A DNA stretch of 64,000 nucleotides from Octopus vulgaris. Taxonomy: Eukaryota. The notes under the pieces were generated by a model, which saw nothing but the letters and a program-made list of their open reading frames with translations, did no database searches and was not told the origin of the DNA. Below, piece by piece: positions 1 to 14,197 of this stretch; position 1 is the first letter of the stretch; every line of letters starts with the position of its first letter. The translations under genes and the position numbers were made by a program. The DNA lies in contig OX597823.1 in NCBI GenBank assembly GCA_951406725.2, forward strand, positions 109,492,001-109,556,000. The letters run 5' to 3'.

Positions 1-307
1 CCTAGCATTATACGTTTCGACCGTTAGTGCTTCGAGTTCAAATCCCGCAATAATTCAGCTCGGATCATTGACCCTAACTGGAGTATGATTTAGCCCCACC
101 GCTTGATGCAATGGGTACTTTTAGTGGATTCCACAAGTTTACAAGTACTCTAGCTTGGTCTTCCTGTTTGGGGGTACAATCCTGACACCCCCGCCACAAA
201 TCCCTGATGCTATGCAAAGGAACAAGGTCGATGGCGCTGAGTTACGTTCCCTTAATTGAAGTAAAACACGGACGCACCTACATACATCCACACACACACA
301 CATATAT

Positions 308-470
308 GCGTGGAGTGGCTGTGTGGTAAGTAGCTTGCTAACCAACCACATGGTTCGGGGTTCAGTCCCACTGCGTGGCATCTTGGGCAAGTGTCTTCTG
401 CTATAGCCCCGGACCGACCAATGCCTTGTGAGTGGATTTGGTAGACGGAAACTGAAAGACGCCTGTCGTA

Positions 471-515
<45 letters not shown>

Positions 516-725
516 TTGTGTTTGTCACCCTAGCATTGCTTGACAACCGATGCTGGTGTGTTTACGTCCCCGTAACGTAGCGGTTCGTCAAAAGGGACCG
601 ATAGAATAAGTACTGGGCTTACAAAAAGGATAAGTCCCGAGGTCGAGTTGCTCGACTAAAGGCGGTGTTCCAGCATGGCCGCAGTCAAATGACTGAAACA
701 AGTAAAAGAGTAAAAGAGTAAAAAG
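308..725 (+). mobile_element. SINE family A, full length (tRNA-like head, CORE-like block, internal microsatellite, LINE-like tail)
   Basis: A-box-like TGGCTGTGTGG, B-box-like GGTTCAGTCCC, CORE-like CTTGGGCAAGTGTCTT, internal (TA)n(TG)n, tail GGCGGTGTTCCAGCATGGCCGCAGTCAAATGACTGAAACAA(GTAAAAGA)n. About 20 related copies in the window. Confidence 0.9.
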
Positions 726-1002
726 TGTATATCTGTGTATATACATACGTTGATAATAGGCAATACACCTTGAAACCTAGGTCCGTGTGTGGTATCGGCT
801 TCTTGGTGAGTGATCTCCTTTGCAAGATAGAGGACGCCGTGATGGCGTCAGGCCTATCTGGTGACGTTGATGTTCGCCTGGGGCTAAATGCAACAGTGAC
901 ACCCCCACCACCCTGCCCTGTCCCTAGCCATATTCGGTTGGCTAATATCCCTTATATTACGGAGCAGTCACTGTCTATATCTCATTTAGAGAATTATTAT
1001 TG

Positions 1003-1039
<37 letters not shown>

Positions 1040-1061
1040 ACCAAAGTGTACGTACGCTGCT

Positions 1062-1231
1062 AGACGATACAAAAGAGGGACAGCAAAACATCCAAACAGA
1101 CGATACAAAAAAAAAAAAAACAACAACAAAGCAAGGACGGGTCATTCGAAGTTTTCTTCCTTCAGTCGAGTTCCAGATTATCTTTGCAATTTCGGCTGGT
1201 TATACTCGAGATTGCTCTCGTTGTGGTATTC

Positions 1232-1232
<1 letters not shown>
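1062..1232 (-). mobile_element. Short Penelope-like terminal fragment between (TA)n tracts
   Basis: Minus strand CTGAAG-GAAG-AAAA-CTTC-GAA (degenerate hammerhead-like core with stem II), followed by a T-rich end running toward (TA)n. Confidence 0.4.
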
Positions 1233-1322
<90 letters not shown>

Positions 1323-1352
1323 CAGACAGACATGCATGCACACACACACAAA

Positions 1353-1427
1353 TACGACACGCTTCTTTCAGTTTTTGTGTGCCAAATCCAAACACATGGC
1401 TTTGGTCGGCCCGAGGCTATATTAGAC
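1353..1427 (-). mobile_element. SINE A fragment
   Basis: CTTCTTTCAGTTT...CCAAATCC...GCTTTGGTCGGCCCGAGGCTATA matches the reverse complement of the family A body. Confidence 0.75.
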
Positions 1428-1542
1428 CGTCGGCTGTTGTCCCACACCACTGGTCAGAATCTGCTTTCTAACATTATGTGGCTTTCTGTTGGTTAGGCGA
1501 GCAGACCAACATTCTTATTGTTCGGAAGGCTGGTCTGCCACA

Positions 1543-1668
1543 TTTACAGCTGAGAGGAACGAAGCAACGTAAAAAGAAGTGTTTTGCTTAAGAACACAAT
1601 GCATCGCTCGGTCGGGGAATGGAACTCACAACCCAGCGATCGTGAATGCAACACAGTTACAACTGGGA
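1543..1668 (-). mobile_element. SINE family C head fragment (diverged)
   Basis: Reverse complement resembles the tRNA-like head and GTGTTCTTAAGCAAAACACTT CORE-like block of the 2996-3260 copy. Confidence 0.6.
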
Positions 1669-2586
1669 CACTCACCTTCATAGCGACACCCTCAAACACA
1701 TGCACATTTCCATGCATGTACACACACACACACACATCTTATTTGTCTTTCTCTCCTCCAGGTAGGAAACTGGACTTCCTTATTGAGTGAATCGCAGATT
1801 TAATCCAACCATTCCCAGTGGAAAGTCAGTCGAATAGTTCCGTCAGCATTTATTGTAAAAGCCACTTAACGGTATCTACCATTTTCGCAACTTCGATTTG
1901 GTAGGCAATGGCAAATCACAGAGGATTATCATTTAGCCTGTGAATTTGCCGAATGGAACCAATGCATATGTACCCCTATATTACGTGCGGCGTTTGCTTT
2001 TAGGATTTCTTCATATCTCACCATTGGCTACAATTCGGTTACCGCAAAAGACCGAGAATCAAATTCTAGGATATTCAGAGTCCCCTAAATATGGTATATA
2101 CTGACTGCTCGAAAGAAACTGCGCTAGAATATGAATTGGATATCTCTGAGAGATGTAATGCGTGAATCTTACATACGTAACACTATACACTATGAATATA
2201 TGTGTATGTATGCGTATGAAAATATGTATGAATAGATATGCATACATATAGCTATGGTATATTCGGTTAGGAACGTGGTAGAGTACAGTATAATGCTTCA
2301 ATGCCCTCAGAATTACCCAACGCTATCCAGTAGCATTATTAGATACTTCCAAGTTCACGTTTGGACATTCGTCGTGTGTGAATTTAAAATTGAAGAAATG
2401 GGAGTCAGCAAAAAGGAGTACTGTTGGCTAGTTATTTTTTAATCACCACAATTGTTTCCATACAACGTAGTTCTCCAAAACTACAGGTATTTAATTTGCA
2501 ACTGTTTGCTTGCATAATGAGATCTAGTTGTGTTTCCTCAGGTGATATTCAAATGTTGTCTCCGTTAGTTATGCATGTGTATCTCG

Positions 2587-2656
<70 letters not shown>

Positions 2657-2738
2657 GTACATGCATGTATATACACACACATACATTAAAACAACATAAA
2701 CGCATGTAGATAAAGGCAAGTCAACAAATAATTAGCTT

Positions 2739-2814
<76 letters not shown>

Positions 2815-2995
2815 TTTTTGTTGACTAATGCCACCTTCAACAGGCGATGGTGATGGCGAATGTCTTCCGTTGTTGCAGTCTGAGAAAGCGATATTAGTGT
2901 GTAGAAACACACGAGTAACGTTTTTATCATTTCAAATTTCTCCACATCCGCGATATTTATACGGAAAATTTTCTCATATTGATTATTACCAACTT

Positions 2996-3260
2996 GGAAA
3001 TGCGTGGCTTAGTGTTTAGGGTATTCGGCTTACGATCGCTGAGTTGCGAGTTCGTTTCCCGGGGGTGCGTTGTATCCTTGAGTAAGACACTTTATTTCAT
3101 TGTGCTCCAGTTCACTCAGTTGGTAACAACGTGTAGTACCTGTATTTCAAGGGACCAGCTTTGTCACACTTTGTGTCAGGCTGAATCTCTTTGAGAAGTA
3201 TGAGAAGATGTACGCGTGTCTACGGTGTACTCAGCCATGTGCACGTTAATTTCACGAGCA
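2996..3260 (+). mobile_element. SINE family C (subfamily C1)
   Basis: tRNA-like head GTGGCTTAGTG...GAGTTCG, CORE-like TCCTTGAGTAAGACACTT, body ending GCACGTTAATTTCACGAGCA. Confidence 0.8.
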
Positions 3261-3475
3261 ACTTTCTCTCACTCTTACTTCCTGTTTCTGTTGTACCTGT
3301 ATTTCAAATGGCCAGCCTTGGCACACTCTGTGTCACGCTGAATCTGCCCCGAGAACTACGTTAAAGGTACACGTGTCTGTGGAGCGCTCAGCCACTTGCA
3401 CGTTAATCTCACGAGCAGGCTGTTCCGTTGATCGGATTAACTGGAACCCTCGTCGTCGTAACCGACGGAGTGCCA
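3258..3475 (+). mobile_element. SINE family C (subfamily C2) 3' half, directly abutting the C1 copy
   Basis: Repeats the 3' body of the preceding copy and continues to the tail CTCGTCGTCGTAACCGACGGAGTGCCA. Matches the reverse complement of about 9880-10065. Confidence 0.85.
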
Positions 3476-3612
3476 GTATAGACAAACAAGCACACACAAA
3501 CACACACATTTATAAAATCCATGCAAACATTCATACATACACATACGTAACTATATGTGTGTGTGTGTGTATATATACATCTAATTTTATCTATCTATCT
3601 ATCTATCTGTCT

Positions 3613-3659
<47 letters not shown>

Positions 3660-3902
3660 GATAGATAGATAGATACATAGATACATAGATATATATACAC
3701 ACATGCCTACACACACGCACACACTCATATGTATGTTTATGCTTAAGTTGTTTGTATTCACATGCAACATATACATACAGAAGCATACACACACATATAC
3801 ACATATATATATCTTATATACATAATATAGATGGACAGATAGAGAGAGGGAAAACATAATAGAAAGAGAGAGAGAGAGAGAGAAAGTCAGAGAGAGAGAG
3901 CA

Positions 3903-4062
3903 ACGCAGTCGTGGCTGTATGTTAAGAAGTTTGCTTCCTAACCATATGGTTCTGGGTTCAGTCTCAATGCGGGGCGCCTTAATTGTCTTCTGGTACAGCC
4001 TCGTTCCGACCAAAGTCGTGCGAAGGGATTTGGCTGATGTAAAGTACAAAAACATTGCGTAT
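3903..4062 (+). mobile_element. Diverged SINE A 5' half
   Basis: GTGGCTGTATGTTAAGAAGTTTGCTTCCTAACCATATGGTTCTGGGTTCAGTC...CCGACCAAAG. Confidence 0.7.
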
Positions 4063-4199
4063 ATGAATATATGCGACGATGGCTCCGCTGCGCGAGACTT
4101 TGAAGTCACTATCAATTCATTTCATGGCAGCACTCTTCTTATCAATACTATGTACAATGTTGCGTAATCCATGATTTCATTGTAAAATAAAAAGAAACA

Positions 4200-4380
4200 A
4201 AAATGTATGGATATGAAACCATGGCGACTGAAGAAGGGGAATTTTCCTTGTGTTATTTGTCTTGTAATCTATCTTTTCGTTGTTTAAGAAAAATGTCCAG
4301 TTCCTTGGTTTTGTGTTTATGTTTTCGTTTCTCATTGTGTTCGACGTTTTTTTTTGTGTCCTGTACCCATACGAATATAT
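4200..4380 (+). mobile_element. Short repeat with CTGAAGA motif and T-rich end (same type as 16050-16223), possibly a Penelope-like end
   Basis: ACTGAAGAAG...CCTTGTGTTATTTGTCTTGT...TTTTCGTTGTTT resembles ACTGATGAAG...CCTTTATGTTACTTGTCCTGT...TCTCGTTGTTT at 16117. Both end at TA-rich tracts. Confidence 0.4.
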
Positions 4381-4454
4381 ACATATGTTTTATTCATTAA
4401 TTTATTATATTATATATATATGAAAATATGTATATACATACATACACACACACA

Positions 4455-4500
<46 letters not shown>

Positions 4501-4568
4501 TATATACATACATATATATATACATGTATATATACATACATATATATACATATATATATATATATATT

Positions 4569-4718
4569 GCCCGTAAGGGGTTAAACATGGAGGGGACAAA
4601 CAAGGACAGACAAAGGGATTAAGTTGATTACATCGACCCCAGTGCGTAATTGGTACTTATTTAATCAACCCCGGAAGGATGAAAGGTGAAGTCGACCTCG
4701 GCGAAATTTGAACTCAGA
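4569..4718 (-). mobile_element. SINE family B, 5'-truncated
   Basis: Reverse complement of GAGTTCAAATT...GAGGTCGACTT...CCTTTCATCCTT...AAGTACC...TTGTCTGTCCTTGTTTGTCCCCTC. Confidence 0.85.
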
Positions 4719-4884
4719 GGCGCAGGAGTGGCTGTGTGGTAAGTAGCTTGCTTATCAGCCACATGGTTCCGGGTTTAGTCCCACTGCGTGGCACATTGTC
4801 CGAGTGTCTTATACTGTAGCCTTGGGCCGACCAAAGCCTTGTGAGTGGATTTGGTAGACGGAAACTGAAAGAAGCCCGTCGTAA

Positions 4885-4951
<67 letters not shown>

Positions 4952-5077
4952 TGCGTGTGTTTGTGTGTCTGTGTGTCTCCCACCATCGTTTGACAACCGA
5001 TGCTGGTGTGTTAACGTCCCTCGAACTTAGCGCTTCGGCAAAAAGAAAAAACCCAATGGAATAAGTACTTGGCTTAG
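4719..5077 (+). mobile_element. SINE A, 3'-truncated, fused head-to-head with the SINE B fragment
   Basis: Starts GGCGCAGGAGTGGCTGTGTGG immediately after the B fragment and lacks the final tail. Confidence 0.9.
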
Positions 5078-5137
5078 ATATTAATTATTTCTGTGGGATG
5101 TTTTGAAATGTAACACCTGCGATAGTCGAGAGATTAC

Positions 5138-5194
<57 letters not shown>

Positions 5195-5374
5195 GAATGT
5201 ATGTAAGTATGTATGTATGTATGTATGTATGTATATATATACATATATGTGTGTGTGCGTGTGTGTGCGTGTGTGTGCTAGCACGCGAGTATGGTGTGTG
5301 TGAGAATATATATTTATTTGTATACACACACACACATATATATATATACAAAACATGCATACATGCATGCATGC

Positions 5375-5449
<75 letters not shown>

Positions 5450-5522
5450 TAGATAGATAGACAGACAGACAGATAGACAGGCAGACAGACAGACAGAGAG
5501 ACAGAGAGACAGACAGACAGAC

Positions 5523-5573
<51 letters not shown>

Positions 5574-6141
5574 CAGATAGATTCTCAGCACATTGTGTGC
5601 ATTGAGAAATATTCTGGGATGTTTCATTGAATAAAAAACGCTATTTTCATTTCTCTGTTGACATACGATCGATTCGAACCACACTCACTCCAAACAGAGT
5701 TGGGCTAAATTACCTTGGGACTATTCTATGAATGAACATTATCAAAGACTAGTTCGGTGCTGAGGGCAACAGTTAGAACGAACACACAGACACAGAATTT
5801 GAAACAGAGAGGGATAGCGTAAGAACACAGAATAACGATCCGTACAGTTATGCGCACGCGCGCACACACGCACACACACACACACACGCACATGCACATA
5901 CGCATTGGGTCATACACATAAGCAGGCACACACGCACATACACACATACACACACACACACACTCGTATACGTACAGAGACTCATGTTATAAGACACTGT
6001 GACCCAATAAATACATACACACACCCGCAGGCAAAGTCATATAAACAAACACTAAATAAATACCCAGGCAGATCTAAGCACACAACGGAGTGCGTAAGGC
6101 ATACCTTCATATAGTATCAGGGTATTCGTAGGGACGCCATC

Positions 6142-6202
<61 letters not shown>

Positions 6203-6205
6203 ATA

Positions 6206-6349
<144 letters not shown>

Positions 6350-6409
6350 TATATACATATATATATTATATTCATATATATATTATATTCGTATATATAT
6401 ATACATATA

Positions 6410-6440
<31 letters not shown>

Positions 6441-7284
6441 TATATAAGTATGGATACACCTACATGCATTTATATGTATAAGCATGTATGTGTATATATG
6501 TATGTGGGTATATGTGTGTGCGTCTGTTGAATAGCTATGCTAGGGTGTTTGTAAATACGGACAAGAGGGATGTGTGTGTGTGCGTATTTACATGTATGAA
6601 CATATAGACATACATATATAATTATATATATATGTATATATATATACATGTATGCATACATACATGTATGTATATATACATATGTATATGCATATATATA
6701 TATTGTTTTTGTTTTATTGTTTTATTGTTTTACTTGTTTCAGTCATTTGACTGTGGCCACACACACACACACACACGCATACACATACACACACACTCAG
6801 ACACACACAGAACCAGTCACCCCCAAATATATATACATCCACACACAAATACATATATATATACACACGCATTAAACGAATTATTCATCTGTGTGTGTTC
6901 GTGGTTAGCGTGCCTCGCTTATGCGTATATCTGTCTATATCTAATAGTCTAATATTTCTGTGTTTATATTTGTATACTATACAATAATATTGCATGTATA
7001 ATACTATACAATATTTAACATACATATTCATCTATCTGCCACTATATAATTCTGATTTTTTTCTTTTTTTTTATAACATGTGTACGTCCGTATCTCAAAC
7101 GTTCTTATACGCACAACTATAAAGTGACATACGTTTATGCACACACGCGTGGCGGCACACACACACATACACACTCACACACACACACATACACACTCTC
7201 TCACTCACACACACTCTCTCACTTACACATGTGCACAAACAGGCACAGTCAGACACAAATACACACACCGACACACATACATAT

Positions 7285-7494
7285 ACTCTTTACTCTTTTA
7301 CTTGTTTCAGTCATTTGACTGCGGCCATGCTGGTGCACCGCCTTTAGTCAAGCAAACCGACCCCGGGACTTATTCTTTGTAAGCCCAGTACTTATTCTAT
7401 CGGTTCTGTTTTGCCGAACCGCTACGTTGCGGGGACGTAAACACACCAGCATCAGTTGTCAAGCAATGCTAAGGGGACAAACACAGACACACAA

Positions 7495-7536
<42 letters not shown>

Positions 7537-7708
7537 ATATATATATATATATACATATATACGATATGCTTCTTTCAGTTTCCGTCTACCAAATCCACTC
7601 ACAAGGCTTTGGTCGGCCCAGGGCTATAGCAGAAGACACCTGCCCAAGATGCTACGCAGTGGGACTGAACCCGGAATCATGTGGTTGATAAGCAAGCTAC
7701 TTACCACA
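7285..7708 (-). mobile_element. SINE A, near full length
   Basis: Tail (ACTCTTTT)n, 3' body, internal (CA)n(TA)n and 5' body all present on the minus strand. Confidence 0.9.
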
Positions 7709-7939
7709 AGTATTTTACATTAAACGAAAGTTAGATATAGGTTCTGGGTTCACTCAAAATAAAAATAATTGTTCTGTACAAGTATTCAGGGCTTTTTCTC
7801 TTAATTGTTCGTCCGTAATTATGTTCACAGGTTTCAAAGTATATATATATATACGTGTGTATGTGCGCGCATATGTGTGTTTGTGTATGTGTGTGCATGA
7901 AGAAGCATGTATGTGTATACAAAATTATAGATGCTGCTT

Positions 7940-7998
<59 letters not shown>

Positions 7999-8148
7999 GC
8001 ATGAGGATCTTTGAATTTGTGTATATACTTGTGTATGTATATACTTCAGCATTAATATATTAAGCTTAGTGTTATCATGTAACCAATATGCAAAGTTTCC
8101 CCAAAACAGGGCACATGGAAGGCACACCACACGGGGATACAAATCTGC

Positions 8149-8207
<59 letters not shown>

Positions 8208-8282
8208 TGTTAAATACCTGCATGAATACATATACACACTTGCATGCGTACAAACTATATATATAGAAACATACATACATTT

Positions 8283-8336
<54 letters not shown>

Positions 8337-8380
8337 GAATATAAATGAATGTACATATACATACGTGCATATATATATAC

Positions 8381-8488
<108 letters not shown>

Positions 8489-8512
8489 ATATGTGTGTCT
8501 GTGTGTGTACAT

Positions 8513-8899
8513 ATGCAGGAGTGGCCGTGTGGTTAGATGCCTGATTCTCAACAATGTGGTACCGAGTACAGTCCCACTGCATGGCACCTTGGGCAAGTGT
8601 CTTCTCCTTTAGCCACGGGGCGACCAAAGCCTTGTGAGTGGATATGATAGACGGAAATTGAAGGAAGTCCGTCGTATATATATATATATGTTTGTGTGTC
8701 TGTGTTTGTCGTCCCCACCACAATCGCATGACAACCGATGATGATGTGTTTACGACCCCGTAACTTAGTGGTTCGGCAAAAGGGAACATAGAATAAATAC
8801 TAGGCTTGCAAAGAATAAGTCTTGGCATCCATTTGTTCGACTAATGGCGCTGCTCCAGCATGCCCGCTGTCAAATGACTGAAACAAATAAAAGAAAAAA
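8513..8899 (+). mobile_element. SINE A, full length, diverged
   Basis: GCAGGAGTGGCCGTGTGG...CCTTGGGCAAGTGTCTT...GCTCCAGCATG...AATGACTGAAACAAATAAAAGA. Confidence 0.9.
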
Positions 8900-8911
8900 A
8901 CGAATTAAAGA

Positions 8912-8959
<48 letters not shown>

Positions 8960-8969
8960 ATAATCTCGC

Positions 8970-9466
8970 CTTTTATCTGTTTCTTTTATTTATTTTTGGC
9001 TGTGGCACCGGATTAAAGAAATTTATTAGCATGAATCGATCCCAGGACATTCGTTTTTCTTTTGCTTCTTTTTAAAGCCTCTTATTCATACTAGGAGTCT
9101 GTTGTGCCGAGACGGTAAGATACGGGGACGTAAACACACCAACACCGGCTAGCAAGCTGTGGTGTAGAACACAAACAAGAAGACACACACCGCACACCTA
9201 CATACACGCACACACAGACATAGACACAGGCACGCCCCCACACCCGCACACATTCACAATCTCACAGACACACACACACACACACATACATATACATGCA
9301 TGTCGAGCTCTTTTCAGTTTCATCTGCCAAAATCACTCCAAAGGACTTCGTCGGCCCCAGGCAACAGTAGAAGAGACTTGCCCAAGGTGCCACAGAGTTC
9401 GACTGAATCTGGAAACCTGGAGTCATGCGGTTCCGAAACAAATTTCTTACCATACCGTCACCTCTG
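8970..9466 (-). mobile_element. Old diverged SINE A
   Basis: TACGGGGACGTAAACACACCAAC...TTTCAGTTTC...ACTTGCCCAAGGTGCCAC...CTTACCA. Confidence 0.7.
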
Positions 9467-9514
9467 TCTGTACATATATATACTTATATATTCATTCATT
9501 CATTTATACACACA

Positions 9515-9745
9515 TACATACAGACATACATACATACATACATACATACATACAAACATACATAAATACATACATACATACATACAAACATACATACATA
9601 CATGCATACATACATACATACATGCATACATAGATACATACATACATAAATACATACATACATAAATACATACATACATACATACATACAAACATACATA
9701 CATACAAACGTACATACATACATACATACATATATACATACATAC
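9515..9745. repeat. (TACA)n microsatellite
   Basis: Direct reading. Confidence 0.95.
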
Positions 9746-9879
9746 ATTCATTCATGCCTGCATATTTATATATATGTACATACATGTAAGCATATTGAAT
9801 ATGTATGTGTATATATGTAGTTGTATAAATACGTACATATGCTTTTGTGTGTATGTATGTATATCTTTATAAAAAAGGG

Positions 9880-10234
9880 TGGCACTCCGTCGGTTACGAC
9901 GACGAGGGTTCTAATTGATCCGATCAACGGAACAGCCTGCTCGTGAAATTAACGTGCAAGTGGCTGAGCACTCCACAGACACGTGTCCGCTTAAAGTAGT
10001 TCTCGGGGGAGATCCAGCGTGATACAGAGGTACAACAGAAACAGGAAGATAGAGTGAGAGAAAGTTGTGGTGAAAGACTACAGCAGAGTTCGCCCCCACC
10101 CCTGCCTCTGCCGGAGCCTCGCGGAGCTTTATGTGTTTTCGCTCAATAAACACTTACAACGTCCGGTATGGGAATCGAAACCGCGATCCTGCGACCGCGA
10201 GTCCGCTACCCTAACCACTGGACCATTACGCTTC
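9880..10234 (-). mobile_element. SINE family C (subfamily C2), full length with tRNA-like head
   Basis: Minus strand GCGTAATGGTCCAGTGGTTAGGGTAGCGGACTCGCGGTCGCAGGATCGCGGTTTCGATTCCC head. Same 3' tail as 3258-3475. Confidence 0.85.
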
Positions 10235-10254
10235 GACGTATATCTTTATAAGTG

Positions 10255-10342
<88 letters not shown>

Positions 10343-10365
10343 ATATTTATATATATTTATATATG

Positions 10366-10404
<39 letters not shown>

Positions 10405-10812
10405 ATCTATCTACCTATATATATATATATATACTTATATATTTACTTGCACAGGTACACACGCACACACACACAAATATATATACATGTAAATCATTGA
10501 ATGTGTGTGCGTATGTATGTATGTGTGTGTATGTAGGTAGGTTAGATAGGTAGATAGGTAACTAGGTAGAGAGGTAGGTAGGTAGGTAGGTTTGTATGTA
10601 CTCATGCATGTATACTTCCGCGGGTGCACATACACACATGCCTGCTAGTTTGTGTATAAACCCTATTGTTTGTATTCATTTGCGACAATTTTCTGTTCCG
10701 TCATTTCCAAACATATATTCCTACATTCTTCTGTTTCCCAGCTTCACGTAGCATTACGGAATTCAAAATAGGGATACAATTCACGTTCCATAGAAAGATA
10801 AATTAATAAATT

Positions 10813-10906
<94 letters not shown>

Positions 10907-10933
10907 CAGACAGATAGATAGTTAGATAGATAG
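10813..10933. repeat. (TAGA)n microsatellite
   Basis: Direct reading. Confidence 0.95.
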
Positions 10934-11248
10934 ACACGTATAAACAGGCGTACAGACACGTAGACACGGAGCTACACCCAATGACATACGCACTCACGCG
11001 AACCCGGGGACCTGTATATACTTAGGCTCCGTATCTCTGTTTAGTATTTGTGCAAACGCCTATTAGTTAAGCCAATACTTCTGAGTGTTAGTGTGCACTT
11101 GTATACGTGGCTATGTATGTATTTATGTATTGGCATGTATGTGTAAGTGTGTGTATGAGTACGTGTATTATCTATTTATGTATATGTACACGTATATAAA
11201 TACGTATGTGACTTTGTATGTATAGCCTTTCTATTTCGGAATTATATA

Positions 11249-11418
<170 letters not shown>

Positions 11419-11665
11419 TACACATATATATACATATATACATATATATATTTATATATACATATATACATATACATATAAATACATATACAAATATATA
11501 TATATATATGTATATATATTTATATGTATAAATATGTGTATATATTTGTGCATATTTGTATATGTATGTATATATATGTATATGTATGTATATATATATA
11601 TGTATATACATATATATATATATCATATAAAATATAATAAAGAGACATCAAATGGAAAATGACAT

Positions 11666-11742
<77 letters not shown>

Positions 11743-12232
11743 TATACGAACACACGTACATATATATGTCTGTGCGTGTGTGTGTATATAATTGCGTACT
11801 TATGCAAATCTATGCCTCAGTGTATGTCAATGACTAATGCGTATATTTTGCGCGCGGGCACATATTCACACACATCGGCACTGACACACACACACACAGA
11901 CACACACACACACACACACGCACACACACACGTACACACATACGCACACGCTCCTGAACTCATGCACATATTGTTTCCGTAGAGTTTAACTCTTGACCAC
12001 TGACCGCCTGCATCCCGCAAGATTAAATTTCCACCCGGATTAACACCTGCCCGGATACCAGCATGTAGATATAGACAATAGGATTATTTTAATGGAGTAT
12101 TTACGAAATTATAATCGCACACTTTTCCATTTGTTTTTCCAAATATATATACTACCATATCTATTTCTTTCTATCAAGTATGTACTCGCGTGATATGAAT
12201 TATATACAAACGCGCGCACACATATATATATA

Positions 12233-12277
<45 letters not shown>

Positions 12278-12296
12278 ATATATATATATATATATA

Positions 12297-12342
<46 letters not shown>

Positions 12343-12669
12343 CTATATCTATATCTATCTATCTATCTATCATCTATCTATCTATCTATCTATCTATCAA
12401 TCCATCTAGCTATCTTTCTATCTATCTATCTATCTGTCTGTGTATCTGTCTATCTATCTATCTATCTACCTATCTATCTATTTATCTATCTAAGAGTGTT
12501 GGTATGTGTATACACACACATACATATATGTATACATTCATACATAGTCACACACACACGCATGCATATACGTATACACACATATATCTATATACGGACT
12601 TATACACGTATACATATATACATATCTATATATTAATAAATGTTTATCATATATACATATATGTAATTA

Positions 12670-12708
<39 letters not shown>

Positions 12709-12779
12709 ATATGATATATATATACACGCATATATATATATGTTTATTATATATATACATATACATATACATAAATACA

Positions 12780-12877
<98 letters not shown>

Positions 12878-13458
12878 CATGTATATATGTATGTATACGG
12901 AGTAGCTGTTTGTAGCTGGAGAATGTCCCCGCTGCAAGGATCTCAACAACGCTCGTATGATTCTAGTTGGATGTGGGCGCGATTATAAACAACCCGTAAC
13001 TTGTGCACATACAAGTAATCAATATATAAATGTACACGTAGAAGTCAGTTTGTGTGTGCGCGTGTGTGTGTGCCTGTGTTTACGTAATACATAAATGGCT
13101 CTCCAACTAACTACATACATGTATGTGTGCGGATGTTTGTGTGCGTATATATATTTGTGCGTGAGTGTATATATATATATATGTATGCATGTATATATGT
13201 ACGTATATACGTATATATATGCATATATGTGTGCATCTATCTATATGTCCATCCATACATACATGGATGCATACATCCATACATACAAGCTTTGTTTTTT
13301 TACCTGCGTGGTTTCAGGTTCAAGTCTATTATGTGGTACCTCCGATAATCGCATATATATATATATCTTTGTGAATATTTATATGCATATATATGTTTAT
13401 ATATATATATATAGATAGATATATAGATATATACATATATATATACATATATATGTAT

Positions 13459-13507
<49 letters not shown>

Positions 13508-13525
13508 TATGTATATATGTATATT

Positions 13526-13576
<51 letters not shown>

Positions 13577-13610
13577 TTGTGTATATATATACATATATAT
13601 GTATATATAT

Positions 13611-13919
13611 GCCCTCCGATTGCGCTCATATTTGATATGTAGATACCGACGGTATCAGGGCGTGTATAAGTCTTGAAAATATTGCAAAAATCGATTCCAG
13701 GTGAGAATGCGTAAGATAAAGCCGTGGGAACGTGCATTTGTCTTTGGAATAGATTAAAGTCTATCTTTATTTCTTCTTTTGTTTGTGTCTCAAATTTAGG
13801 TTAAATCAGTGTTTCTCAAAGTAGAGGCCCATGGGACGGTCGGACAAGTTGTTTTGAGAAAATTTGGTTTAAATGTTTGACAACTCAGCGCCGTCCATTG
13901 CAATGGGGGCGTTTTGCTA

Positions 13920-13920
<1 letters not shown>
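13611..13920 (+). mobile_element. Non-autonomous Helitron-like element, 5'-truncated
   Basis: 3' hairpin CGCCGTCCATTG/CAATGGGGGCG followed by TTTTG-CTAG then T. 13616-13740 is the reverse-complement homologue of about 45357-45483. Confidence 0.7.
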
Positions 13921-13992
<72 letters not shown>

Positions 13993-14099
13993 TGCTGTAT
14001 GTTTGTGAATATCTGCGTGTTTACGTACGTTCCACTCCACCTTATCTGTATGTATTGGTTTGCTAAAATTCCTGTAAATAAATGGTTCAGGAAATGACT

Positions 14100-14197
14100 T
14101 CGATAGCATAAATACGAATTTCATATACACGTCCTGGCTCAATACGTTACACTAATCCCTCCTCAGAAGACACAAAATGAAGATAATATATAAAGAT
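14100..14197 (-). mobile_element. Possible Helitron 5'-end remnant
   Basis: ATACACGTCCTGG...AGAAGACACA...ATATATAAAGAT parallels 45431-45539. Confidence 0.4.

Noticed and set aside
139-546. Recurrent peptide [39 protein letters not shown] in many ORFs, suggesting a gene family
   Set aside because: It is the antisense translation of the SINE A body. Copies have frameshifts and no shared start, stop or splice structure.
2254-2442. ORF ending MGVSKKEYCWLVIF, faintly like a mariner transposase N-terminus
   Set aside because: Too short and degenerate, with no TIR or downstream transposase motifs found.
10160-10234. tRNA-like sequence on the minus strand
   Set aside because: It is the head of a SINE C copy, continuous with the SINE body and lacking a proper acceptor stem.
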